From Kiritimatiellia bacterium (GTDB taxonomy: Bacteria; Verrucomicrobiota; Kiritimatiellia; CAIVKH01), in contig DAOLCW010000002.1 in NCBI GenBank assembly GCA_035327665.1, positions 3,237 through 67,236 of the forward strand: DNA of 64,000 bases, read 5' to 3'. Shown here in pieces: positions 28,019-36,678 of the stretch; the stretch's first letter is position 1; every line of letters begins with the position of its first letter. The position numbers and the translations under genes were made by a program. Under the pieces are notes generated by a model, which worked only from the letters and a program-made list of their open reading frames with translations, ran no database searches and was not told where the DNA came from.

Positions 28019-29813
28019 AAAGGTCCCGGTTGACGCCATGCGGAAGGGCGTCACACCCATGTTGCCTGATCAAAGGGGAAGGGCCTGCTCTTTTCAGTGC
28101 ATCCGATTGACCCTTCTGGGGGGAAGCCTTGCGCTTGGATTGCTCGCATCCGCTTGCTCCTCCCGGGAGACGACTTCTGCTGGAAACCGGGATGATGCCC
28201 TTCATCTTGTCACCCAGCGTATTCGTGGTTTTGACCCGGCCCGGGCCGCCGATGTCTCTAGCTCAATGGCCATCGCCCGCATTTACGAAACCCTGGTAGA
28301 ATACGATTACCATGAACGGCCCTACCGGCTCCAACCTCTACTAGCGGAAAAGATGCCCGAGGTCAGCGAGGACGGTTTGACCTATCGCTTCCGGCTTCGT
28401 TCCGGCATCTTCTTTTCCGATGATCCCTGTTTCGCGGAAACCGGGGGAGAAGGCCGGGAACTCGTCGCCGGGGATGTCGTCTATTCCATCAAGCGCATCG
28501 CCGACCGGAAGAATGCTTCCACCGGTTGGTGGGCGTTTCGAAGTCGAATTGCCGGACTCGACGCGTTCCGTGAGGCCTCCGAGGGCGACGGCCCGACCGA
28601 CTATGACCTCGAGGTGGAAGGGTTGCGAGCGCTCGACCGCTACACCGTGGAAATCACCCTCGTCAAGCCGTACCCGCAGTTGATGTGGATTCTCGCCATG
28701 ACCTATGCAGCGGTGGTTCCGAGGGAGGCGGTAGAGCATTATGGAGCGGCCTTCAATCATCGTCCGGTAGGAACCGGACCGTTCCGTCTCGCATCATGGC
28801 GGAGAAACTACCGTCTTGAATACCATCGCAATCCCGCGTGGGAGCGCAGCGGACGGGAACCCGTTGGATTGAACCGGATGGTCGATTTGGTAGTGGCGGA
28901 TCCCGCGACCCGGTGGATGATGTTCCTAAACCGGCAGTTGCACCTCACGGGAGTGACCCGCGATCAGTGGGAGTCCGTGGTTCGGCCCGACTTCAGTCTT
29001 GCCCCCTCGTTTGTTGAACGAGGCATCCGGCTGGAAGTCAACCCGAGCCTGCGCATCAACTACATCGCGTTTAACATGGATGACCCGGTGGTCGGCCCCA
29101 ACCGGGCTCTGCGCCAAGCCATGACCTCGGCGTTCAACACTGCCGAATGGCTGACCCTTCACAACCATGCCGTGGTCCGCCCGCCCGGTCCAATTCCCGC
29201 CGGCCTCGCCGGCTACGATCCCGAGGCCGAACGTTTTCCGTTTGACCTCGATCGGGCAAGGGAATGGCTTGCCGAAGCTGGGTATCCCGGGGGACGCGAT
29301 CCACAGACCGGTCGCCGCTTGAGTCTTACCCTCGAGTTCGGCCGGGCCGATGATCAGGAACTGCGACAGGCGGCAGAGCTTATCCAGCAGTTCATGGCCC
29401 GGATCGGCATCGAATTGAATCTGGTGTTCCAGCATGGCCCCGCGTTTTTCGAGCGTCTGGAGCGCCGCCAGGCCCAGATGTTCTACCTCGGCTGGATCGG
29501 GGATTACCCCGACGCGGAGAACTTTCTTCAATTGTTCTACGGGCCGAATGTCTCACCCGGCTCCAACCGCTGCAACTACCGCAACGAGGACTACGACCGC
29601 CTGTTCGAGCAAGCCCGGATCTTGCCCGACGGGCCGGAACGTACCGAGTTGTATCGTCGCCTCGCGGCGATCATTATCGAGGACAGCCCGTGGATTCTCG
29701 CCAGCCAACCCATGGATGTGGTGCTTGTTCAGGGTGTTGAGGGATATCGGTCCCACTCATTTCCGTATGGTATGGAAAAACATCTTCGCCTAAGCGGGGG
29801 AGGGGACCGATGA
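28008..29813 (+). CDS. ABC transporter substrate-binding protein, family 5 (peptide/opine/nickel type); alternative start 28059
   Basis: N-terminal signal with ...LLASAC; SBP_bac_5-like size (~600 aa) and motifs; followed by two cognate permeases. Confidence 0.8.
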   Translation: MRNKKVPVDAMRKGVTPMLPDQRGRACSFQCIRLTLLGGSLALGLLASACSSRETTSAGNRDDALHLVTQRIRGFDPARAADVSSSMAIARIYETLVEYDYHERPYRLQPLLAEKMPEVSEDGLTYRFRLRSGIFFSDDPCFAETGGEGRELVAGDVVYSIKRIADRKNASTGWWAFRSRIAGLDAFREASEGDGPTDYDLEVEGLRALDRYTVEITLVKPYPQLMWILAMTYAAVVPREAVEHYGAAFNHRPVGTGPFRLASWRRNYRLEYHRNPAWERSGREPVGLNRMVDLVVADPATRWMMFLNRQLHLTGVTRDQWESVVRPDFSLAPSFVERGIRLEVNPSLRINYIAFNMDDPVVGPNRALRQAMTSAFNTAEWLTLHNHAVVRPPGPIPAGLAGYDPEAERFPFDLDRAREWLAEAGYPGGRDPQTGRRLSLTLEFGRADDQELRQAAELIQQFMARIGIELNLVFQHGPAFFERLERRQAQMFYLGWIGDYPDAENFLQLFYGPNVSPGSNRCNYRNEDYDRLFEQARILPDGPERTELYRRLAAIIIEDSPWILASQPMDVVLVQGVEGYRSHSFPYGMEKHLRLSGGGDR

Positions 29814-31108
29814 CTCGCTTTCTGTTGCGCCGTTTCCTCCACATGATCCCCACCGTGGGCGGGGTGTTGCTCATCACGTTTATCCTTTTTAATCTCGTCG
29901 GGGGTAGTCCGGCCCTTATGACCCTCGGCGACAAGGCCACTCCGTTGCAACTGGAGGAATTCGATGAGGTGCGAGGCTTCAACCGACCCTTGTTGTTTGG
30001 CTGGCGGGGACCTACCCGGGCTCTCCCGTTTACTGACTTCACCCAAAGCCTCGGCCCCTGGAGTGCATGGCCGGAGGCCACCCTCGATTCTCGGGGATTC
30101 CTGAGTCTGCCCGGTCCGGCTACCGTCGAGCTGCCACTTGCCTTTTTACTCTTCCCGAACGCAACGTACGAACTCAAGGTGCGCTATCGTTCCGATCAGC
30201 CGGTGAAGGTACACCACGCGATGCTGCCCGCAGCGTCGGATTGGCAAGTTCAAACCCTGAGGATTGAGGCTGGGGATACGGCGGATGAGCGCCGCATCCG
30301 CATGAAGGTCGAAGGAACGCGATTCGAATTGGCCGAAGTGGACTTGTTTCGACGAATGGACTCCCCCTGGCATTCCCAGTTCACCTATTACCTTCGCCAT
30401 CTTGCCCGGCTGGACTTTGGAGTATCCCACAGCGCGAACGAGCCGGTGATCGATCTCTTGAAATCGGGGATTGTCCCGACCCTGCTTCTCGCCACCCCGA
30501 TCCTCTTCGGCGAACTCCTGATCAGTGTGGTGTTCGCCCTGATCTGCGCCCGCTATCGCAACCGGTGGCCGGATCGCCTTCTTCTCGTCCTCAGCGTGGC
30601 CCTGATGAGCGTAAACTATCTGGTTTGGATTGTCGCCGGCCAGTACCTGCTCGCCTTCAAGCTCGGATGGTTCCCGGTGTGGGGATTCGAGTCATGGCAC
30701 TACCTTTTACTCCCCGTGCTGATCGGAACGCTCCATGGACTTGGCAGCAACATCCGTTTCTACCGCACGGTTATGCTCGATGAGATGTACAAGGATTATG
30801 TTCGTACCGCATTCGCCAAGGGGGCCGGAGAGGCCCGGGTCCTGTTCCGGCACGTCCTTCCCAATGCCATGATTCCCGTAATCACCAACGTGGTTCTCTC
30901 GCTGCCCTTCCTCTATACGGGAAGTCTTCTTCTCGAAAGTTTCTTTGGCATTCCCGGACTGGGCTACCTCAGCGTGAACGCGATTCACTCTTCGGATGTG
31001 GACGTGGTTCGGGCAGTGGTTCTTATCGGTTCGGTGTTGTATGTGGTTGCGAACCTCATCGCCGACCTGCTTTATGCATGGGTCGACCCGAGGGTGAGGT
31101 TGTCATGA
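29810..31108 (+). CDS. ABC transporter permease (DppB/OppB-like) with ~190-aa periplasmic insertion between TM1 and TM2
   Basis: EAA-loop region ...YVRTAFAKGAGEARVLFRHVLPNAMIPV; 432 aa. Confidence 0.8.
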   Translation: MTRFLLRRFLHMIPTVGGVLLITFILFNLVGGSPALMTLGDKATPLQLEEFDEVRGFNRPLLFGWRGPTRALPFTDFTQSLGPWSAWPEATLDSRGFLSLPGPATVELPLAFLLFPNATYELKVRYRSDQPVKVHHAMLPAASDWQVQTLRIEAGDTADERRIRMKVEGTRFELAEVDLFRRMDSPWHSQFTYYLRHLARLDFGVSHSANEPVIDLLKSGIVPTLLLATPILFGELLISVVFALICARYRNRWPDRLLLVLSVALMSVNYLVWIVAGQYLLAFKLGWFPVWGFESWHYLLLPVLIGTLHGLGSNIRFYRTVMLDEMYKDYVRTAFAKGAGEARVLFRHVLPNAMIPVITNVVLSLPFLYTGSLLLESFFGIPGLGYLSVNAIHSSDVDVVRAVVLIGSVLYVVANLIADLLYAWVDPRVRLS

Positions 31109-31998
31109 GCGCAAACGAGACATTGCCCGCTCGAAAAGGGGTGTGGTCGATCCTGTGGCGGGGCCGCTTGTCGCGAGTTTGCCTGCTCGTGGTCGGGTTC
31201 TACACGGTGGTCGCCCTTGCCGGGGAGTTCCATTGTGCATGGCACAAGATCCAGGACACCTTGCCGACCTACCAACGCCAGCAACTCGACCAGCGGTTTC
31301 AACCGCCCGGACCTGGCCACTGGCTCGGCACGGATGCCCTCGGCCGGGATGTCGGCTTGCGGTTGGTGCAAGGAACACGCATCGCCTTTCGGGTGGGAAT
31401 TATCACCTCGCTGATCGCCATTCCCATCGGCGTACTCCTCGGCTGCCTCGCCGGCTATTTCCGGGGCCGGGTCGACGATGTTATTGTCTGGCTCTACACC
31501 ACCTTTGCCTCCATTCCGGGGTTACTTTTCATTCTTGCCATCGCGATGGTGGTCGGCAAGGGCTTGCTCGGTATCTACCTGGGAATCGGCCTCACCACGT
31601 GGGTGGGGGTTTGCCGCTTGATCCGGGCTGAAGTGATGAAGCACCGCGACCGCCCTTACGTGCAAAGTGCCCGGGTGCTGGGCCTCGGCCATTTCCGTAT
31701 TCTCTTCCGGCATATCCTGCCCAATGTCAGCCATGTCATCATTGTCGCATTCACCCTGCGATTTCCGGCATCGATCGGAACCGAGGTCTTCATGAGCTTC
31801 CTCGGGATCGGCGTACAGGGTGAACCTTCCTGGGGAATCATGATCAACAACGCCCGCCTCCGTCTTTGGGAAGGGGTATGGTGGGAAATGACGTTTGTCA
31901 CCTTGGCGGTATTTTTTATTGTACTCGCCTTCAACCTCCTCGGCGATGCTCTCCGCGATGCCCTCGACCCCCGTCTCCAGGCGACAGAGGAAGGGTAA
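31105..31998 (+). CDS. ABC transporter permease (DppC/OppC-like)
   Basis: ATG 31105 overlaps upstream stop; ...YVQSARVLGLGHFRILFRHILPNV EAA motif. Confidence 0.8.
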   Translation: MSANETLPARKGVWSILWRGRLSRVCLLVVGFYTVVALAGEFHCAWHKIQDTLPTYQRQQLDQRFQPPGPGHWLGTDALGRDVGLRLVQGTRIAFRVGIITSLIAIPIGVLLGCLAGYFRGRVDDVIVWLYTTFASIPGLLFILAIAMVVGKGLLGIYLGIGLTTWVGVCRLIRAEVMKHRDRPYVQSARVLGLGHFRILFRHILPNVSHVIIVAFTLRFPASIGTEVFMSFLGIGVQGEPSWGIMINNARLRLWEGVWWEMTFVTLAVFFIVLAFNLLGDALRDALDPRLQATEEG

Positions 31999-32106
31999 CA
32001 ACCATCATCCAAACGGGGCTCACCGGAACATTTCGCCCGACCACGCATGTCCATGTCAGGTAGGGCGAGGCGTCCCGCCGAGCCGCGGCCGGTATTGGAC
32101 TAACGT

Positions 32107-33141
32107 TCAGCTCGAGATTGTCGTGGCTTTCTCGAACAGGTAGTGGGCCACAAACCATTCCTCCCCGTTGTGGTAACCAAACAGCTCGGCGCAGGCCATG
32201 AAGAACACCCGCCAATACACTCTCCAGGTTGCGGCCTCGGCTCCATAGGCATCACGAAGGACCGGCATGACCTCGTCATTGCGGGCGTCCATGCGTTTGA
32301 GCCATTCATTCAGGGTACGCTCGTAATGGCGCCCATTGACTCGCCACTGGTGGGCAATCCGGAGATGTTCACCAAAGTGTTGGTAGAGGTTTTCCGAAGG
32401 CATGATCCCACCGCTGAAGAAGTAGCGGGCCATCCAGTCGTCCTTCTCCCCGGTGGTAAAGAAATAGGGGCGGCTGGCATGGCAAAAGATGTGGACGAAT
32501 AATTTTCCGTCCGGCTTCAGCCAGCCGGCGATGCGTTTCAGGAGTTCCTGGTAATTCTGCATGTGTTCGAACATCTCAACGGAAACCACGCGGTCGAACG
32601 AGCGGCCAATGTTGAAGTCATTCATGTCGGCAGTAATCACGGTCAGGTTGGTCAGACCCCGCCGCCGGGCTTGGTCGTCGATATAGTCTTTTTGGGTAGA
32701 GGAATTGGAGACGGAGGTTATCGTGGCTTCGGGAAAGGTTTCCGCCATGTAGAGGGAGAGGGAACCCCAGCCGCATCCCAGCTCGAGGATCTGTTGCCCC
32801 CCCGCAAGTTCGGCCCGCTCGCAGGTCAGAGCCAGCATGGCTGCTTCGGCTGCGTCGAGGTCGTCGACCCCTTCCGGCCAAAGGCATGAGCTGTATTTGA
32901 GATGCTTACCGAGAACGAGCCGGAAAAATTCGGTGGGAACTTCATAATGCTGCTCGTTCGCTTTTTCCGGCACGGCGGCCACCGGACAGGTCCGCAGGGT
33001 GTCGGCAAATGCCTTTTCAACTTGGGCCGCATCCCCTTTGGCTGCCTCTTCCTTGAGACGCTGGGCAAGCAAACGTCGAATGCCGGCACGAATCAACGGA
33101 TCGGGAAGCAGGTTCGCCTTGAGCAGGGGAAGGTACCACAT
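32107..33141 (-). CDS. cfa: cyclopropane-fatty-acyl-phospholipid synthase family SAM-dependent methyltransferase
   Basis: VLELGCGWGSLSLYMAE SAM-binding motif, CFA-synthase-like length and C-terminal region. Confidence 0.8.
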   Translation of the reverse strand: MWYLPLLKANLLPDPLIRAGIRRLLAQRLKEEAAKGDAAQVEKAFADTLRTCPVAAVPEKANEQHYEVPTEFFRLVLGKHLKYSSCLWPEGVDDLDAAEAAMLALTCERAELAGGQQILELGCGWGSLSLYMAETFPEATITSVSNSSTQKDYIDDQARRRGLTNLTVITADMNDFNIGRSFDRVVSVEMFEHMQNYQELLKRIAGWLKPDGKLFVHIFCHASRPYFFTTGEKDDWMARYFFSGGIMPSENLYQHFGEHLRIAHQWRVNGRHYERTLNEWLKRMDARNDEVMPVLRDAYGAEAATWRVYWRVFFMACAELFGYHNGEEWFVAHYLFEKATTISS

Positions 33142-33144
33142 ACA

Positions 33145-33930
33145 TCAGCCTTTCTTGGGAAACCAGGGCACGAAGGCGCTGGTGGATTGTTGGTAGCTCC
33201 GGTACGCCTCGCCTTTGCTGCGTAGCGCTTGGGCTTCGGTGGCGGGAATTCCGGTTACTTTGAACAAAAAATAAAGCATGAGGGCGGGGCATAGCCAGGC
33301 CAGATACCCATGAGGAGCGGGTGTCGCGGCAAGGGCCACGGCCACCCAGATGCACCACTCGAAGAAGTAATTGGGATGCCGGGAGTACTTCCATAATCCC
33401 ACGGCGCACACCTTGCCACGGTGAGCAGGGTTGGCCTTGAAGGCTGCCAGTTGAGCGTCGGCGGCCGCTTCCCCGATCCATGCTCCAACAAATAAAACCG
33501 CGGCGAACAACTCCAACGGGTGAAGGATCGTACTGACGTTGTGGAAAACAAGCAGGTAAGGCCCAGCGAACAACAACGCGGCTACCGCTTGGAATTGAAA
33601 GAACCAGAAAAAATTTCGCTGGGCGTGTTCACCCCACGATTCCCGTAGTGTCCGGTAGCGTCGATCTTCAACCTCGCCATGGGAACGCCGGTGAATGTGT
33701 ACAACCAGGCGCCCTCCCCAGAGAAACGCCAATGCCGTGAACAACAAGGCCCGTGGCCATGGGGCAGGGGAGGCGAGGCCAAATCCCGCGACGAGAAGGG
33801 GAATCGAACCCGACCAGCCGACATCGACAATCCCTGCATTGTGGGTGCGTCGTTGCTGCCACCACAAACCTGTCATGAACAGGGTGACAAACAGGAAACC
33901 ATATCCGAGAAAAGGCAGCAGATGAATCAT
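33145..33930 (-). CDS. DUF1295 / steroid-5-alpha-reductase-like membrane protein (start at MIHLLPFLGYG)
   Basis: GLWKYSRHPNYFFEW motif; frequently co-operonic with cfa. Confidence 0.6.
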   Translation of the reverse strand: MIHLLPFLGYGFLFVTLFMTGLWWQQRRTHNAGIVDVGWSGSIPLLVAGFGLASPAPWPRALLFTALAFLWGGRLVVHIHRRSHGEVEDRRYRTLRESWGEHAQRNFFWFFQFQAVAALLFAGPYLLVFHNVSTILHPLELFAAVLFVGAWIGEAAADAQLAAFKANPAHRGKVCAVGLWKYSRHPNYFFEWCIWVAVALAATPAPHGYLAWLCPALMLYFLFKVTGIPATEAQALRSKGEAYRSYQQSTSAFVPWFPKKG

Positions 33931-34454
33931 GGGATGGACGTTGATGCAGGTAGAACCGCGCGTTGAAGGTGCATCCTCCGGATCACCGGATAGAGAAGTG
34001 CCGCGAGTAGAAGCGTACCCGGAATCGCGAAGGTTGCCCACGCGACGGATGCAAAGACAATCGCATGGCCAAATTCTGCCAAGGTACCCAAAAAGTCAGC
34101 GGAAAATTTATCGGCGAGTTCAGTCGGGGCAAGCGGGATGGGGTCGCTGCCAAACCACCGGGAGCCCAAGGTGACAAAAGGGATGATCAGTAGAAGTTGA
34201 GCGGGGTAAACCAGCCAGTTGGTGAGTTGAATGGCCACCGGGTTCAGGCGCAATCCAAGCGAAACAACCAGACAGAGCATGGTGGTGGTACCAATGACGG
34301 GAAAGATGCCAATCATCGCCCCCGCGGCAAGGCTTATGGAAAGGGGAGCCGGGGCAATCCCTTGCCGGATCAATCCAGCCACGGGGCTGATCACCGTGCG
34401 GCGAAGCCAAGAATTCGAACCAGGTAATGAAGTTGGGGCAAGGGATTCGTTCAT
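33927..34454 (-). CDS. DUF2062-like membrane protein (start trimmed to MNESLAPTSL)
   Basis: small polytopic membrane protein, ATGA overlap with downstream DUF1295 gene. Confidence 0.4.
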   Translation of the reverse strand: MNESLAPTSLPGSNSWLRRTVISPVAGLIRQGIAPAPLSISLAAGAMIGIFPVIGTTTMLCLVVSLGLRLNPVAIQLTNWLVYPAQLLLIIPFVTLGSRWFGSDPIPLAPTELADKFSADFLGTLAEFGHAIVFASVAWATFAIPGTLLLAALLYPVIRRMHLQRAVLPASTSIP

Positions 34455-34577
34455 AAAAATAGTCAATGGAACCACACCATCATACCGCAACCCGAGAAAA
34501 AGACAAATTCCAGCCGTTGACTTTCCTGGTCCCCCTCCGATAGGATGCTTAGCTAATTTATTTCCGGAGCTATTGAC

Positions 34578-35282
34578 GTGACGATGATTGACCAACTACT
34601 CGAATTGCAGGACTACGACCGCCGCATCCGTCAGTTCACTCGGGAGTCCAAGGACATACCCGCCCGCAAGGCCATGGTGGAAAGTCGTTTGCAACAGCAT
34701 CGGGACAGTCTCGAACAGTCCCGGGAAGCCCTGAAAAAAACGTTGTCGGCAACCAAACAGGTCGAATTGGACATTGAAGCCCGACAAGACAAGATCCGCA
34801 AGTACCTTGAGCAGCAAAACAAGGTCAAGAACAACGAGGAATACCGGGCTCTCGAGACTGAAATCAAGGGCTTGCGCAAACAAGTCAAGGAATTGGAAGA
34901 GAAAGAAATTTCCTTTATGGAGCAGGCCGAAGCCGACAAGGCCCGGAGTGCGGACCTCGAGGGCTCGCTGGCTGGTGAGGAACAAACGGTCGCTGGGGAT
35001 ACCGGCATGCTCGACGAACGACTGGTCCGTATCCAGGAAGAATTGGCCAAGGTCACCGAAATGCGCAATGCCAAGGCAAAAGAGATCGATCCGATCTGGC
35101 TTTCGCGTTATGACCGGATCTTCAAGAATAGGGGCGATTTCGCGATTGTTCCCGTGGACAACGGAACAACGTGCGGGGGGTGCCGCCTCAAACTTCCGCC
35201 CCAGGTGGTCCAAGACGTCAAGCGTGGTGATACCATGGCGTCCTGCCCGCACTGCGGTCGGCTCTTGTATTGGCCGGGCTAA
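34578..35282 (+). CDS. zinc-ribbon coiled-coil protein (COG1579 family)
   Basis: long coiled-coil then C-terminal CGGCRLKLPPQ...CPHCGRLL C4 zinc ribbon. Confidence 0.6.
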   Translation: MTMIDQLLELQDYDRRIRQFTRESKDIPARKAMVESRLQQHRDSLEQSREALKKTLSATKQVELDIEARQDKIRKYLEQQNKVKNNEEYRALETEIKGLRKQVKELEEKEISFMEQAEADKARSADLEGSLAGEEQTVAGDTGMLDERLVRIQEELAKVTEMRNAKAKEIDPIWLSRYDRIFKNRGDFAIVPVDNGTTCGGCRLKLPPQVVQDVKRGDTMASCPHCGRLLYWPG

Positions 35283-35300
35283 TCGCGTAGGTTGTCTTTC

Positions 35301-35714
35301 GAGCGGGTGGGCGGATGATCGCTCTGCGGTTGGAAACAACGCGCGGGGAGGAAAGTCCGGACTCCACAGGGCAGGATGTCCCCTGGGCCGTTTTAGACGG
35401 GGCGGGGAGAGTTCCGGGCAAACCGGGATGACGGAAAGTGCCACAGAAAACAGACCGCCCCGAAGCAGTCCGAAAGGCGGTTTCGGGGTAAGGGTGAAAA
35501 GGCGGTGTAAGAGACCACCGGGCGGTTTCGCGAGAAACCCCGCAGGGTAAACCCCATCCGGAGCAAGATCAAATAGGGAACGGGAGGCGGCCCGCCTCAC
35601 TTCCACGCGAGTGGAAAACGTTCCGGGTTGATCGCGCATGCCGACATCGGCGAGATAAATGATCATCGTCCCGTTTCGGCGGGAAACAAAATCCGGCTTA
35701 CAACCCACCCGCTC
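35301..35714 (+). ncRNA. rnpB: RNase P RNA, bacterial type A
   Basis: GGAGGAAAGTCCGGACTCCACAGGGCAGG (P4 5' strand), GTGCCACAGAAAACAGACCGCC, AAATAGGGAACGG, ACAAAATCCGGCTTACAA (P4 3' strand); P1 helix GAGCGGGTGGG/CCCACCCGCTC at termini. Confidence 0.85.
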
Positions 35715-35736
35715 ACTTCTTTGATCGGATTGTCGC

Positions 35737-36678
35737 TTGATGACCCGGCACGTCAGGCTTAGGATGCGTCCCATGTTGACATCGTCGCAATGGATGCAGG
35801 CGGGTCGAGTCGCGGCTTTGGTCTTGTGGTTTTTAGCCGGGATGTTGGCCGTGTGGTATGGATGGCGCTGGCTGGGTCCGGACCCGGGCCAACTTCCGGT
35901 GTCCAAACCCCGGGACATTCCCGGTCAGGATGCAAGCGTGCGTTTCGATGCGCGGTCCTGGGAGGTATTTCAACGTACCGACCGGACGGAAGAGCCTCAG
36001 GATCCCGCCGCCAATCGCTACCGGTTGGCAGGAACGTTCTTTATTCAATCCGAGGACGCCAATGTCATTCCGCAGCGAAGCGCTATTCTTGATGATCTCG
36101 GCGAGCAGCGCCAATACCTCGTCCGCGAGGGCGATCGGGTTGCTACCCTCGAAATTATTCGAATTTATGCGGATCGTTTAATTGCCCGTTCACAAGGACG
36201 GGATATCGAGATCCGGCTCGGCTTTACCGAACCGATTGCGCGGGCTACCGCCACGACGGAAGCATCGGACGAACGATTTACCCAGCACGGGGAACGCATC
36301 CTCTCCGAAACGAAGTTCGGACAGCAGATCGCCGAAACCCGTTGGGTGATGAGCCGGGACGCCTTGATGGGCTATTATCGGGCGGTCCTCGACCAGCCGG
36401 AGCGGGTGGCCTCTCTTTACATGTCGATGAAAGGGGTTCGCGATGAAGAAGGGGAGCCCGACGGATTTCGATTGGAACCGGTGGGGGAGCGGGAGTTTTT
36501 CGAGGCGGTCGGCTTGCGTGAAGGGGATGTCATCCGGGCCGTGAACTCGATGCGGATGACCAGCCAGCCCCGGGCCGAATACTTCCTCAGCGAATTTGTT
36601 CACGAGCGGCTCAATGCGGTGGTGATCGATGTCGACCGAGCCGGCGAATTGACTCAACTCATTTATCTCTTGCGCTGA
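35737..36678 (+). CDS. hypothetical membrane-anchored protein (possibly GspC/PilP-like; start uncertain)
   Basis: single N-terminal TM (VAALVLWFLAGMLAVWYGW) then soluble domain; no firm motif. Confidence 0.4.
   Translation: MMTRHVRLRMRPMLTSSQWMQAGRVAALVLWFLAGMLAVWYGWRWLGPDPGQLPVSKPRDIPGQDASVRFDARSWEVFQRTDRTEEPQDPAANRYRLAGTFFIQSEDANVIPQRSAILDDLGEQRQYLVREGDRVATLEIIRIYADRLIARSQGRDIEIRLGFTEPIARATATTEASDERFTQHGERILSETKFGQQIAETRWVMSRDALMGYYRAVLDQPERVASLYMSMKGVRDEEGEPDGFRLEPVGEREFFEAVGLREGDVIRAVNSMRMTSQPRAEYFLSEFVHERLNAVVIDVDRAGELTQLIYLLR

Noticed and set aside
34596-35918. 440-aa minus ORF and 258-aa plus ORF (34774..35550) spanning 35.3-35.7 kb
   Set aside because: This region is RNase P RNA (rnpB), with the universally conserved GGAAAGTCCGG...ACAGAAAACAGACCGCC...AATCCGGCTTACA elements. 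The ORFs are spurious read-through of structured RNA and antisense to the zinc-ribbon gene.
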